Assembly: GCA_013265495.1 (NCBI GenBank)
Contig: MU058065.1
Span: 7,130,302-7,194,301 of the forward strand
Source of the DNA: Vicugna vicugna
Taxonomy: Eukaryota
Reading direction: 5' to 3'
DNA: 64,000 bases
The notes beneath the pieces are model-generated. The model was not told the DNA's origin, made no database searches, and worked only from the letters and a program-made list of their open reading frames with translations. How positions within the stretch are numbered: the first letter of the stretch is position 1; the number at the start of each line of letters is the position of its first letter. Of the stretch, positions 1 to 13,254 are shown piece by piece. A program made the position numbers and the translations under genes.

Positions 1-1084
1 GAGCAGGGAGTACTGGTCCTGCCCGCCCCACCCAGCCTTGGGGAATCCCAGAAGGGCCTTTAAAGAATGGCCCAGGGAGGGGTCCCCTCCTGCCTGGCCC
101 TGAGGGTGGTGCTGTCCTCAGCTTCCACCGGCTTGCTCGCTGTCTGGCTATCTATTCATATTCGACGGCTCAGTTTGTAAGAGTTTGTTCCTGTTTAAAA
201 ACAGAGTGAGCTGATCCTGGGGCCCATGGCTGTGATGGCCCCGCGATTGACTCCCATGTGCTGGAAATCAACAGAACCCTTCATTCAAGCCATTTATGAG
301 TAAACTGAACTCTTAAAAATCAAGTTGAAAAAGTGGTAGATCCCTCAAAACAATAAGGTAGCTTTCTCCCTGATATTGATGGCAACTGGAAAATGTTGAT
401 AATTTTATAATTGAAGCTTTAGTGGGACATTTCTTGTGACACGCCCAGTGCAGTCAAAGTCTACAAGGGTAGAATGACTCGCAAGTTTCACACCAACTCT
501 TCTTACTCCCTACATTGAGAAGAGAACACCATGAGCTCTGGTGAAAGTTGTTGCTTTTTAATCCATAACTGAATGTTTTTGTGAATCAGGGAAATCTCTT
601 GGTTTGTCTTTCTAACACTCTCATCACCCGTCTGAAATTTCAGCTTCTCGGCACCTTCCCCCTATATGGATGCAAAATGAAGAGAATTCCAAACTTTGCG
701 CCTGGCTCTTTTCCTCCAGAGGAATGACTTTCCAGTCTCCTTAGCCAATTACATCAACCGTAATTATTGAGTATGACCATGTGCCGGGCACCTGGTTGGC
801 ACTTGGAGTGCAAGGGGAAATCAGACAGGTGTGGTCTTGACCCTCTTGATATTTACAAAATCTTTTTTTTTTTGAAGAGTAAGAGAGTGCTCAATCTCAG
901 TGCAAAGCATTCTATTGCTTTAAATTTAAATACAATGAGGCTTCTTTTAATAGCCAAGTATCCCCTTAGTAATAAGTGGAGTGATAATTTCTTAGTCTTC
1001 TGTCTGATAGGAGGAGATGCGTCTCCAGGACCAATGCCTTTAAACAACTAAGAGACCGAGAGTGTCTAAAAATCCATCACAATG

Positions 1085-1620
1085 GGCTTGGCCACCAGCT
1101 CACTAAACTACCTGGATGGAGAGCTGTGGATGGAGAATGGCCAGAGCAATGGCCCAAACATGGGAGCGTGCTGGCTGGGCTCTAGGAACAGCCAAAACGG
1201 CAGGTGCACTGAAACCAGGGTGGAAGAAGGGGTGATGGTAGGTAGGCAGCCCGAGGCCTAGTGGGCGGGCCCTGTACGGGCCTGATGAGTATAGCGTTTG
1301 TTTGAAATGGATGGAAAATTTTGGGGGGTTGAAGAACGGCATAAAACAAACACGCTCTGATTTGGGTTTTAAAAGGACCATCGGGCCGCTGTGGTAGGAG
1401 AGAGTGAAGTGATGCAAAGACAAAGAAGCAGAGGGACCAGTTAGGAGGTTAGTATGGGAAACACAAGGGAGATGATGCTGGCTCGGTCAGAGTGGAAGAG
1501 GGGAGACATGCCTACATTTAGTGTGTCTGTGTGTGGCACAGACCGTATTTTAGACACTGAAATGGTATCTGGCACAGGGCAGGTGCTCAGATAGGGAAGG
1601 AATGAGAGGGGAGCGCCGTT
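1085..1620 (-). mobile_element. L2 LINE fragment
   Basis: Typical L2 antisense text (ttgggttttaaaaggaccatcgggccgctgtggtaggagagagtg...gagggaccagttaggagg). Confidence 0.6.
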
Positions 1621-1759
1621 GTGGGAGGTCAGGAGCCGGGAGAGAAGCGCAGGGTGCGCACAGCTCCAGAAAGCTCGCCTCCGAGCCTCTCTCTGCATCT
1701 CCCACACCTCTTTTGTTTACCCTGATGAGTGTGGAATAGAAATACCTTGTATGGGTCCA

Positions 1760-2490
1760 ACCTAGCATCTCCTATTCCTAAACCTGTTGTTTTGTCCCTC
1801 CAGGACCCCTTCCTTGTTGGGACAGTGCTTCCTTCTCCTGGGACCTGTGCCCTGAATCCCTGCTTCCTGCATCCCCTGAAGTTTGCTTCAGGGCCTTTCG
1901 TCTCTCCTAGGCCCTCACCGCTTGCCTGTGGGGATCCTCACCCATTGCAGCCACACTACAAGTACTGCCAGTGGTCCCCTCCCCTGGGATGAGTCTGGGC
2001 TCCAGCATGGCCTCCCTCGTCCTGCCATGGTGGACCTGATCCACAGAGGCCCTCATCTCCCCAGCTCTGGTTCCTGATGAAGTGTCACACAGCAGAGCAT
2101 GGCATCTGGCTTCGCCAGGGGCTCCCCCAAGAGGCCAAGTGATGCAGCACCCCGGTGATGTGGGGGAGGTGATGCCCTGTGTGGACAACATCGACCTACA
2201 AGGGACAGGAGGTGAGAGGGCTCCAGCAGACACATTTCTCTCCTGCCCTCCACCTGATCACTGTTCTCAGGTACAGTGATTATGCCTCGCGTGTGTCAAG
2301 CCATCCTGTGTGAATGAGAAGCTGGTGTGGCCTTTCATGAAGCTGTGGACAATCTGGTAGCACACTCCTTGAACTTGCTTCTTTTACTTCTCTTTTCCTG
2401 ACCTTTCATTTCCTTGAGATGACACCTCCCAATCAGCCTGATCTCGTAAGGGGTGCCTCAGGCTTCATTTCTTAGGTGCCCTCCAGTTGT
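1760..2490 (+). mobile_element. Old ERVL-class solo LTR (LTR33/LTR16-like)
   Basis: The 3' end gagatgacacctcccaat...gcctcaggcttcatttcttagg resembles the LTR16/LTR33 terminus. Family uncertain. Confidence 0.4.
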
Positions 2491-2864
2491 GTGGTTCTAG
2501 TGGATTCTGCCAACCAGCTTTTTGTCCCTGGCTGCAGAGGTGGACACCTGCCCCCGGCTAGGCCAATAGAAGCCCTTCCCTGGTGTCTTTTTAATTCAGA
2601 CTGAAGGATCAACAGCTGTTGTGGCCATGAACCTGAAGATGTGAGTCTGGGAGCTGCTGGGGGCCATTCCCATGGAACGTGGAGGAAATGCATCTAGGGG
2701 AAGGGAGCCATCTTGCAGGGAGGAGCAGAGGGGCCACAAGAGGATTCTGGATCCCATCGCTCCTGAGACGCAGACGCATTCCTGCCCTGCCCGCGGTTTC
2801 CTTCTGTGAAGCAGGACATTCCTCCTCTTTCCTGGCTGGTTTGCATTGGATATCTGTCATCTGC

Positions 2865-3260
2865 TGTATTAGTCAGGGGCCAGACAGAAAACAGAAACCA
2901 CTCTGCTTACTGTACAGAGAGAGAGTTGAGCACAGGGAATCAGTTACACAGAGATGGGAGGGCTGAGAAACCAAATGGGAATTAGCGACACCAGGAAGCT
3001 TTTAACACTCCTGGAGCTGGAGGGGGAGGAAGGCGGCATTACTGGCAGCCAGGATGGGGGCCACCTGGCAGAAGCTGAAACCATGGGCAGCCCATGCGGT
3101 GGGAGCTGGAGATGTGGGGTGGAGGCTGCTTGAGATCTACCCAAAGCAGAAAGGGAGGTGCAGAAATAGTGTGGTCCCCCACTTCCTCTTACCCCTCAGC
3201 CTGCCTTGCCTCCCATGTCAAAGCTGTCCCCAAGTCAGAGGGCAAGAGAGCCTAGGAACG
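2865..3260. mobile_element. Ancient LTR (LTR78/LTR79-like)
   Basis: Starts tgtattagtcaggggccagacagaaaacagaaaccactc. A related start occurs at 15544. Confidence 0.45.
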
Positions 3261-4390
3261 TGGTTTCCTGCAACCTAGAGCAAGGAGACAGAGAGTGCCT
3301 AGTGAACAGGTAAAGGACAGACGTGCTGGTGGTTGGAGAGCAAGTTTATTCCACTGTGTGTGCTTTTGACTGTGAACCCCAGGTAGCTGAGAGTCCCCAA
3401 CTGCAGGTAGAGAACTGGACCATACCCCAAAATTTCCCTGCAGAGCACTGGTGTGATAGCGATTCCGGTGGCCATCGCCGAGGAGTTCTTCTTTCTTGGA
3501 AGAATGAATTGAGTCCTCCCACACATGTTTCAATGCCTTTATGCCCACATGGGGGACCCACAGGAAGCTGAGGTCATTATTTAGGGACTCGGTTGAGCTC
3601 CCAAGAGAACTAGGTACACCTTCAGAATTTCTACCGCCAATAATTTCCTTCCAGCACAGCTATGCTAGGAGTCTGCTGAATTCCAGTTCAGAGGCTGATC
3701 AGAGCTGTCTCGGCAATGCTGGGTGCATCTGGAAGTTCTCTCTACTGTCCAGTCTGAATCCTTTCCCCTGTTTTGTCAGATGACTCATGGGAGACCTCGG
3801 AGATGATTACCCCCTGTGATCTAGAAGATAATTCAGGATATGGAAAAAAAGGAAAAAAAAGATTTTTGAATTTGAACTGAGTATGGACTTAGTGAACTCT
3901 GATGATGTGGCAAAGGAGGGGCAGGGACGGGGGTCATGTGAGGGATTTTCAGGCTCCAGAGTGACCGGAATGACTAACTGGATATTGTCCAGGTGGTGGG
4001 GTTTGAGGTCCCGTTGTGCTCAGCAAAGAGGTTCCTGGGAACCTAACGGGGACAATTTGGGGTTTTGCAGATCATCTGAACCGAGGTGGTTGCACATATG
4101 TTGGAGGGCATGCAGCTCCCTATACGTCTGTATTTTAAAGTAAATAAAAGGCTCTCCAAGCAAACCACACAGTATTGGATGCACTCAGCTTCCAGTTCGG
4201 AAGCCTCTGCTTTCTGGCTTCACAGGAGCCTGTGGTGACCACTTGGGCTGGGAGTCCGGGTTGCTGGGTCAGCTTCTGGCTCCCGCCGATGATTCACTGT
4301 AGCTCCGGTGGATGGGCAGCCTGCTGCTGTGAAACAGGCGGAGGGGCTGGGGTCATCGGGCGCTGTGAGAACAGATGTAATTTTAACTTG

Positions 4391-4720
4391 GTGTTGTGGG
4401 TTGAATTGTGTCCCCACCCCCAATTCACATGTTGAAGTCCTAACCCCCCAGGACCTCAGAATATGAGTTATTATTTGGAATTAGGGCCTTTATAGAGGCA
4501 ATGAGGTTAAAGTGAGGCTGTTAGAGGGAGCTCTGATTCAGTATGACTGGGGTCCTGATAAAAAGGGGCAGTTTGGGCAAGAGACACACGTAGAGGGAAG
4601 CTGATTTGAAGATGGGCACCTGCAAGCCAAGGGGAGAGGCCTGGACAGATCCTTCCCTCGAAGCCCTCCGAGGGAACTGACCCTGCTGACACCTGGACCT
4701 AGACTTTTAGCCTCCAGACC
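4391..4720 (+). mobile_element. MaLR solo LTR (MLT1A/MLT1B-like)
   Basis: tgttgtgggttgaattgtgtcccc...gttgaagtcctaaccccca...ccctgctgacacctgg...cttttagcctccagac is characteristic MLT1 text. Confidence 0.85.
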
Positions 4721-5194
4721 AAGGAAGGTGATTCACTGTCTCCTGTCTCTTCTCACCCAGGAGGTGTCAGTGAGTCCTTGTTCCCTTCTGTCTTCCCCTT
4801 CTTGTCTCCTCACACCCATTCCTCTATCATCCTAACAAGCTCAGTTCAAAGATCTGTATTATTTTCATCTAGAAAATGTATCATCACTTGTATGCCTTCA
4901 ACTCTGCAAGCCTCCATCCCCTTTGAGTGTAAAAGGGAAATGGCTCTTCGTTGGTGTCAGGAGTCATTTAGCCACTGGGATACAAGTGCAGTCGGCGGGA
5001 TGGAGGTGAGCCATTGGGAGGGGCCGTCCGTCAGGGAGGGGGGGTGAGGCAGTGGGGACAGTTGGGAAGAAGGGATGTCACCACTTCTTCCCCAGAAATC
5101 TGGGTAAGAAATGAGCTACAGTCTCTAAGGCTTGACAAGAAGGCAGTTCTACTTGAAGACAGAGCTGATGAAATGACTCCCAGGGGCCTTGAAG

Positions 5195-5470
5195 GCTAGT
5201 CCCCATATCTGCTTACATCAGATTACCTGGAGAGCTTTAAAATTTTTCCTCCCCATTTTATGCTAATGAAATTGCAAAATGCCATAGTGAGCATCTTTGT
5301 ACTTACAGATATTACTAACAGTCCAGGTAGAATTAAATGCACCCAGGCATTCCTCTCATTTACAGCAAGGCAACTCAGCCCTCACTCAGGCTCCTAAACC
5401 AGAATCACCAGAGGTGGGGCCCAGGACTTTGTTTTGCCAGTTCTCCAGATGGTTCTGTGCAGCCAGAGGG
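5195..5470. mobile_element. MER5-type hAT MITE (interrupted or degraded)
   Basis: cagattacctggagagctttaaa ... aaccagaatcaccagaggtggggcccaggac...ctccagatggttctg. Confidence 0.5.
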
Positions 5471-5799
5471 ACGGGGCACACCTATGGACAGAGCCAATGC
5501 TGGGGTTGTGTCTGATAGCCCCCAAGCTCTCCATCCCCCAGCTCCACATTTCCACATGCTGGCACTGGCCTGTGGGGATGAGGTGGGGCTGGAGGCACAA
5601 TCGGGACTGAAGGAGCCCAGGAGTCAGGGGCTGCTGGTGGCCAAAAATTTTGTAGGGAAGAGAGAGGCCAGAGGGGCAGAGAGGTCAGCAGCAATAACAC
5701 CCTATGGGAAGAAAATGGAGGTCGACTTTGTATCAGGATCTGGGGAAAAGAGAGTCAGCCCCCTCCCACATCGAATTTGAAGACTAGCTTCTCTTCTTG

Positions 5800-6270
5800 T
5801 TAGATGTGGGAACTAATGTCTAATCTCCTTCACAGTCATATGATCATGGGCAAGTCGCCTTGAACCCCAATTTCCACCTGTCCAAAGTGGAGCTAATACT
5901 ATCTTTCTTGTTCTAATTGATAGCATGGTTACGAAGATCAAATTAACTGAAGTTCATGCGAGAACTTTGAAACCATAAAGGGTTCAATCCCATCTGTCCT
6001 TCAATGTCAAGATCAGATACCATCTCCTCGGTCCAGCCACCCTGGACGCCACCCTCCTCCTCCAGGCCAGAAGTAATCATGTTATGTTTTTTCCTTCTCC
6101 CAAGGACCACATCACAGTCTCCTTTAAAATGTAATTATTTGCTTTCACATGTTTCACTCACCGGACTCTGAGCCCCGTAAGCACAGGATAAATATTTCCT
6201 TCAGGATTTCCTCTCCAACGCCTGGGACATGATGGGCAATTGGCGAGTGTATTTTGCATTAAGGAATGAA
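5800..6270 (+). mobile_element. MIR followed by an L2 3' fragment
   Basis: MIR core (tgatcatgggcaagtc...tttccacctgtccaaagtggagctaata), then L2 tail (actctgagccccgtaagcacagga...gaatgaa). Confidence 0.5.
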
Positions 6271-6943
6271 GACTTAATTTAGGCAGGGTGTGGCATCAAT
6301 CTGTTCCCAGAGGCCTGTGCTGCAGAGCCGTGCTTCAGGCGGGTCCGGGCCTGGGTGGAGACCGCCAAGGATCTCAGTCTTTGAGTTGCAGCTGAACCTG
6401 CAGGAGGCCCTGCTCCTAGTTTGGCCTCAGTGGTCTCATGGCTGCTCAGGCTCCAGCCAGTTCCCTCCAGCATCTCCTGCAGCCTGGTCCGCTGTGACTC
6501 TGGGACAGTGGGCCTGACTTGTGTGTCCATTTCAGAAGACAAACATGTAATTTCAGGTCATGCCCGGTGCCATTTGGAAGGAAGCTCAGGCTTCCCTAAG
6601 TGGAAACAGCATGCTCTGAAAGTAATTATGTGCCGGGGGGCATGTTCTGGAGTAAGACTCAGCATTTACAAGCAAAGGTTACCTTTCCTGCTTGGTGACA
6701 GGACAGCCCAGGGAGGCCACCATCAATCCTAGGTAGCCCCTATAGTATCCCAGGAGAGCGTGCACGATCCCTGGCACTGGGATATCTGTCAGGATTTTGG
6801 CCCTTGGTTTCCAATGGACTCTCTGGGATCACTCTTTTCCATGTTAAGACCTCAGACACAGAATATGATAGGCTCCTCAGCTGGAACAGTGGTAACTTGG
6901 ATGATCATATCCCCTGTGATTTCAGTATCATAAGGAAGTTGAC

Positions 6944-7146
6944 CAGTTGTGTGCTGGTGAAAGTTTAGCACTAGCTTTTTGGGGGGAAAAAGCCCGGATC
7001 TACAGCATCTGCTCATTTCTGTGATGTAAATACTGCCACTCTGGCAGATTTCAATGTTACGTCATTGAATGTAGACTTGGGAAGAGATGCTGCATGGACT
7101 GTTGAGAACTGGTATGAGCTGTGAGAGCCAGCCCTGCACATCGCTG
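6944..7146 (-). mobile_element. MER63-type hAT element
   Basis: Imperfect terminal inverted repeats cagttgtgtgctgg / cctgcacatcgctg; internal gtgatgtaaatactgcc...gatttcaa...ttgggaagagatg. Confidence 0.7.
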
Positions 7147-7358
7147 CTTCTGACTCTGGCACCTGCAGAGTTCTGCCACTGTCATCCAGTGGCATGTTAC
7201 CCAACGTTCATCTGCTGTGCACGTGTGCAGTATACCCAGGGATGCCTACATAATTTGTGGATCCCAGTGCAAAATGTGGGCCCCTTGTTCAAACAGCAGG
7301 AAAAAAACATGCCAGGGGAGCTACTAAAACATAAAGCTCTCAAGGTGTTTTTTAATTT

Positions 7359-7842
7359 TAATTTTTTAATTTTTAAAAATTTATTTTTTATTGACATGTA
7401 GCCAGTTTACAATGTTGTATTAATTTCTGGTGTACAACATAGTGATTCATTTATATATATAGATTCCTTTTCATGTTCTTTTTCATTATAGGTTATTACA
7501 AGGTACTGAATATAGTTCCCTGTGCTATATAATAGGACCTTGTTGTTAATCTATTTTATATAGTAGTTAGTATCTGCAAATCCTGATCCCTCCACCCTTG
7601 CTCCAAACCCCATAACCAAAGGCCAAACCATAAGTTTGTTTTCTGTCTGTGAGTCTGTTTTGTGAATAAGTTCATTTGTGTCATTTTTTTAGATTCTACA
7701 TATAAGTGATATCATATAGTATTTTTCTTTCTCTTTCTGGCTAACTTCATTTTTATGACAAATCTCCAGGTCCATCCATGGTGCTGCAAATGGCATTATT
7801 TTATTCTTTTTTATAGCTGAGTAGTATTTCATTGAGTATATA
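7359..7842 (-). mobile_element. 5'-truncated L1 3' end (cetartiodactyl/camelid type)
   Basis: T-rich tail, then gtttacaatgttgtattaatttctggtgtac...atagttccctgtgctata...tccatccatggtgctgcaaatggc. Imperfect TSD tcaag(g/t)tgttttt(t)aattt at 7340-7358 and 7843-7860. Confidence 0.9.
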
Positions 7843-8491
7843 TCAAGTTGTTTTTAATTTGCTATATAGTTCTAACTAAATGCCAATTTAAAAATTAAAA
7901 GATTAGCATGAATTTTATATTAATATTGTATAATGCCAGTTTGGGGTGAAGGTGTGAGTGTTTAACTAGTGGAGCCAACACAGTTACACAATTGTGTTTC
8001 TTAGCTCATATGTGGGTAGTGGAAACTCTCACAAAATGAAGCCTACTGTTTTTCTTGCTTCTCTACCAGCTCTCTCTACCTTCTTACTGATGAAGGAGGA
8101 AAGGCAGAAAGGAAAGAGGTCTATGAATTCCTCTGTCTTCCCTGCTTCTGGGTTGTTCATGTTTCCTAGAAGCCATTTCCTTCTTTCTGTATTCAAAGCA
8201 AGTTCTGGTTTGAATGGAAAAGGCAGCTTGTCAAGGCTGTCAGCTCCCATGTTACTTAGCTGTCAGCATAATTCGATTACTTGTATTTGCTTTGAGTCTT
8301 GCTGAGCTGCCATGCAGGGTAAGTCCACTGGAGTTCTGTGCTCATAGGAATTGCAAATGCTATATGCAAATGGGGAGGCAAAGAATAGTAGACACGCATT
8401 ATACCCATATCTGATCCACTCACGAGCACACCCCTGTGTCCCACTGGGCTTCAACTGCAAAACCCAAACATAAAACTACTAAGAATTTCAA

Positions 8492-9357
8492 ATTAAGAAT
8501 TTTTCCAAAGAGGAAATGCAGATGGCCAACAGGCACATAAAAAGATGCTCAACATGGCTAATCATCAGGAAAATGCAAATCAAAAGCACATCACCTCACA
8601 TCTGTCAGAATGGCTATCATCAAAAAGAACACAAATAATAAATGTTGGTGAGGATGTGGAGAAAAGGGAGCCCTTCTACGTTGTTGGTGGGAATGTAAAT
8701 TGGTGCAGCCACTGTGGAAAACAGTATGGAGGTTTCTTAAGAAACTAAAAATAGAACTACCATATGACCCAGCAGTCCCACTCCTGGGTAGATGTCCAAA
8801 AGAAACAAACACTAATTCAAAAAGATAGGTGCATCTCAATGTTCATAGCAGCATTATTTACAATTGTCAAGATATGGAAGCAACTGAAGTGTCTTATCAA
8901 TAGATGAATGGATAAAGAAGATGTGGTATATATACACAATGGAATACTACTTAGTCATAAAAAAGAACAAAACTTTGCCATTGGTAGCAACATGGAGGGA
9001 CTTAGAAGGCATTATGCTAAGTGAAGTAAATCAGACAAAGACAAATACTGTATGACATCACTTACTGTATGGAGTCTAAAAGATACAAGAAACTAGTAAA
9101 TATAACAAAAAAGAAGCAGACTCACAGTGACAGAGAAAAAGCGAGTGGTAACCAGTGGGGAGAGGGGTGATGTGGGATTAGGGAGTAAGAGGCACAAACG
9201 ATTAAGTATAAAATAAGCCACAAGGATATATTGTAAAACACAGGAAATATAACCAATAGTTTATAATTACTATAAATGGAGTATAACCTTTAAAAATCGT
9301 GAATCACTATATTGTTAACCTATATAATATCATACAGCAACTATACTTCAAAAAAAA
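8492..9357 (+). mobile_element. 5'-truncated L1 (ORF2 C-terminus plus 3'UTR)
   Basis: ORF2 C-terminal remnant (aaatgttggtgaggatgtggagaaaagggagccc...gaactaccatatgacccagcagtcccactcctggg) and an A-tail at ~9350. TSD aagaatttcaa 8481-8491 / aaaaatttcaa 9353-9363. Confidence 0.9.
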
Positions 9358-11084
9358 TTTCAAGAAGGTGACAGCAGAGCATCAAACCCTCTGTGGAGCC
9401 CATGTGAGCTGAGCTCAGAGACCCCCATGTGCTTGCACAGGTCACACACCCAGGGCGTAGGGGATTCACTGTGTAAGTCCGGGGTCCCAGATTTATGGGT
9501 GAGGTTCTGATGCTGCCTGGGGTGGGCATGAGAGGGACCCTCAGAAGTCCTTATCTTACAACCTCCTCGTGTTTCTGCAGCAGAGAGTCAACCTGTCTTA
9601 ATCTGAGAAGCACTGCTGCAAAGAAAGCAAACCTGTAAGGTAGGGGGAGGTCATGGCCTTAACCGGGAGCTAGGGCTCAAGAAATAGCTGCTAAATGAAT
9701 GAAGGTGTGAATGAATTAAAGAGAGGATTTGAGAAGCCTGGAGTCATTCAGGAGAGGTTTAGAGAGACATGAAGTCTGTTTCCCATTCAGTCCTGTGTCC
9801 TCCATCTCTTCCCACCTTCTAAATGAATTCCCAGCACTTATCCCAGGGCTCGAGTAGAGGAGTGCTGCTCATGCTTGTGGGATGGCTGAGGGATGAGGGA
9901 GGGACGAGGGAGGGCCTCGCGGTGAGCTGAGGGCAGCGGGGGAGAAGATCTCAGAGCTCCCTCCTAGTCACACTGGCTGCACAGTCACCTGCAGGTGCTG
10001 AGTGAGACCCCTTCTGTGTGCAAATCCAGCCAGGCTCTGTTGGGAGCTCCCAGGGGTGCGGGAGGGTGGAGCAGGGTTGGAGGAGGCAGGCCCCCGCTTT
10101 AGCTCTGGCTCCCCTTCAAGGTCTTCAGAGAAATGCTCTTAGCCGCCTCTGTCACCTGTTTCCACGTCTCATCCGGGAAAGTCAGGAGCTAAATCCCCAT
10201 GGATTTGGCTGTCTGGGGCACAGAAATGCCACCTGGGTCAAATGCCTGCTCCCTGCTCTCCAGCTGGAAGGCTCTACTCCCTTCTTGGAACTCCTGGAGA
10301 CTTTTATTGGTGCCACTGCCTCTAAGACACTTGTCGCAGCCAACCTTGTGACTTGGGCGACATTTGTTCTCCTGGTGAGTAGAGCCACAGTGATTTATCT
10401 CTGTGCACCTTTCTACACTCTCATCCCAAGGGCCTATTTAGCACCAAGCTGCCTGGGTCTGGCTTGCAGCGCACATAAGTGGAATGAAAGCTGGAAGGTC
10501 TGTGTCCTGTGCTTCTAACGCAGGGTGGGTGGGCTGCTGGGGTGTGGGGCTCTCCCCATGGACGGCAGGGGGACATTCATCGGGGTCTCACAGTGCAGCA
10601 CCAGCGCACATCCACAGGTGCCATGACGTGGAGGCCAGGAGTGATCCCGGGCAGGTCAGCTATTTTCTGAGCTGTGCTGGAAGAGGCTTGTTGAAAGGCA
10701 CATCCTGTCCCCGGTGGCTCTCCAGATGGGAAGAGACCCAGTGTCGACAAAGCGTGGAGGAGAGACCATAGGAATGGGGCCCATGATGAAACCGGAGCTG
10801 CTGGGAAGGGCGGGGGGGCGCCATGCAACCAGCTGAGACCAATTTCATCATCTGTCAAATGAGAATAATACTTTGACAACAGAAGAAGGACAGGACCCAG
10901 AGGATCTGGTGGCCTCCCATGTCCACTTTTAGCATCCACATGCTCTGTTCCGGCTCCCTTTGCCTTACGTCTCCTGGGTCCTCATTCTACCTCCCTCCTC
11001 CATAGGGGCTCATCCAGCAAAGCTCCAAGAGGCCAGGCTCTACCCCTCCTTTACTTCTGTCTCCAGTCAGAGCTACAACAATAC

Positions 11085-11300
11085 AAGTAACCTTTAGTGG
11101 GCACTGACTGTGTACCCTGCATTTTATTAAGCTCTTTCAAGCATTAACCCATTGAATCCTCATGGAAACCCAGTGAGGTAAACCTTTCCATCCTCCCCAC
11201 TCTTTAAATGAAGACGGGAGGCTCAGAGAGGTGAAGTAACTTGCCTGAGGTTGCACAGCTGGGAATCTGAAGAGCTGGGTCTGAAAGCAGTTCTGTCCGA
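11085..11300 (-). mobile_element. MIR SINE
   Basis: gggaggctcagagaggtgaagtaacttgcctgaggttgcacagct core. Further MIRs lie at about 12060, 17570, 22200, 22500, 23220, 23670, 24600, 32850, 44150, 52400, 56000 and 57850. Confidence 0.75.
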
Positions 11301-12757
11301 CATCACCGTTGGTGATCTTGTCCCCCACACTCCATCAACATCCTGAATTACTTCCCCATCTTGAGTTCTGGAGCTGCAGATCCGTGTTGGTGTCTGGCTG
11401 GCTGACTTTAAAACCATTTGGAGATAAGGGTTCTGGCATGTAAGGTGCTGGCCTTTGGCATTTTAGCCGACTTCTTGGGCTTGCGGCCTTACTGCAGGGG
11501 AGAGAGCATGTATTGACGGAAGGCCAGGCTGGGGACAAGGTGTCCAGGGCTCAAGCTGTGAGATCAGCCCTCCTCCTTCCTCTTTCTTCCTTGGAGAAGT
11601 CCTGCTCCACGTCACCTCCATCTCTGAGACCCCAGCCCCAGGCAACAGGTCTTGTGGCTGCGTTTTTCCCTGACCTTGGGTTCCCAGCACAGTTGCTCTG
11701 AGATCTATTTAAATCACCTGTTGGCTCTGGGGACAGAGCCGAGTTGGACAAAAGGCATCCACTTTGGCTTCCAGACCCATGGAATCTCCTGGCCCCTTTG
11801 GCCATCAGATTGGTATCCTTTTTCAGCTGATGACTGAGTAAAGACCGGAGGTTAGTCTTTCTGGCTGATAGGGCTTGGGATGTTTGGGGTGACCTCACAG
11901 AACAGCCCCTCTGACCCCAGAGGGCTGGGGAGGGTCATGGCCTCTGTGAGGCACTGGCCGGAGACGGGGCTTTCTCCCTCGCTTTGCCGGCCGGCCACAT
12001 GGCCGGTGATGTGGACCGTTGGCCTGCAGCTCTGTCTGTCTAGGGCTGGCTGTGTCCTGGTGAGCAGATCTCTTCACCTTTGTGCTTGGGTTTCTCATCT
12101 GTGAGGAGGGGATAATGTGTCCTCTTTACTTACTCTCGCAGGGGCACCGTGAAATCCTTGTGAGATGAGAAACATGCAGATGAATGGGAAATGCTTTAAA
12201 TATGAAGGAACAAAAATAAGGTCGCCATTGGCTACAGGGTCGTGAATTAGACCCTCAAGTGGTCATTTGAGGGTTTCTACCTGGAGGAAAAGGCAGTTTA
12301 ACAGAAATAAATTGAACATTCACTATTAGGTTATTAGTAAAAGCCAGTGAGATGATGATGCAGAGCCATTATGAACAAATGGCTCACTCGTGTGGCATTT
12401 GGCTTATAGCAGATTTATTGTAAAGGATAAGCACTTATTTTTCAGCCTAAGTAAGGTATTATGTCTTGATAAAAGGCTAACTTTTATGCAGGTTATACAA
12501 AATGAATAGTTGATGCAGCTCTGGTCCCTGGGGGAAATTCATATACAATCTCATTTCCTCATGGATATTAATTAAATGAGCTTGGAGTAAATGTACTGTC
12601 AGCTGGTTCCCTGTGAAGGCCTGTGGAGAGGGATGAAGGAAGCCTGGGACCACTGTGGGGCTGGCGTATGGGCAGTGATATCACTCCTCCCTCCCCACGA
12701 GGATGTCTGGGTGAGAAACCCTTCATTCTTTTTAACCATTGCTTTTCTTTTTGTTTT

Positions 12758-13191
12758 GTTTTCTTTTTTTGTGTATATATACATATATATATAAACATAT
12801 ATATATATTTTACTGAAGTGTAGTCAGTTTTCAATGTTGTGTCAATTTCTGGTGTACAGCATAATGCTTCAATCATACATGAACATACATTTATTTGTTT
12901 TCATATTCTTTTTCACATAAGTTACTAAAGATATTGAATATAGCTCCCTGTGTTATACAATATGAACTTGTTGTTTATCTATTTTATATATATTAATTAT
13001 TATCTGCCAATCTCGAACTCCCAATTTATCCCCTTCCCACCCTCTTCCCCACTGGTAATCATAAGTTTTTTTTCTATGTTTGTGAGTCTGTTTCTCTTTT
13101 ATAAATAAATTCATTTGTCTTTTTTTTAAAAAAAGATTCCACATATAAGTGTTATCATACGATATTTTTCTTTCTCTTTCTGGCTTATTTC
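12758..13191 (-). mobile_element. 5'-truncated camelid-type L1 3' end
   Basis: actgaagtgtagtcagttttcaatgttgtgtcaatttctggtgtacagcataatg... flanked by a perfect 18-bp TSD tgcttttctttttgtttt (12740-12757 / 13192-13209). Confidence 0.9.
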
Positions 13192-13254
13192 TGCTTTTCT
13201 TTTTGTTTTTAACTCAACAAATACTTACTGAGTGCCCACCATCTGTCAGACACT

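Larger units (their letters stand above)
7238..9455 (-). mobile_element. MER45-type hAT-Tip100 element split by two L1 insertions
   Basis: Left end cagggatgcctacataatttgtggatcccagtgcaaaatgtgggccccttgttcaaa; right end ttcaagaaggtgacagcagagcatcaaacc...tgcacaggtcacacaccc. Confidence 0.7.

Noticed and set aside
8545..8839. ORFs resembling database 'hypothetical proteins'
   Set aside because: Sense and antisense translations of an L1 ORF2 C-terminal remnant.
10018..10518. Longest ORF in the track (166 aa)
   Set aside because: GTG start, no recognisable domain, and composition typical of chance ORFs in GC-rich DNA.
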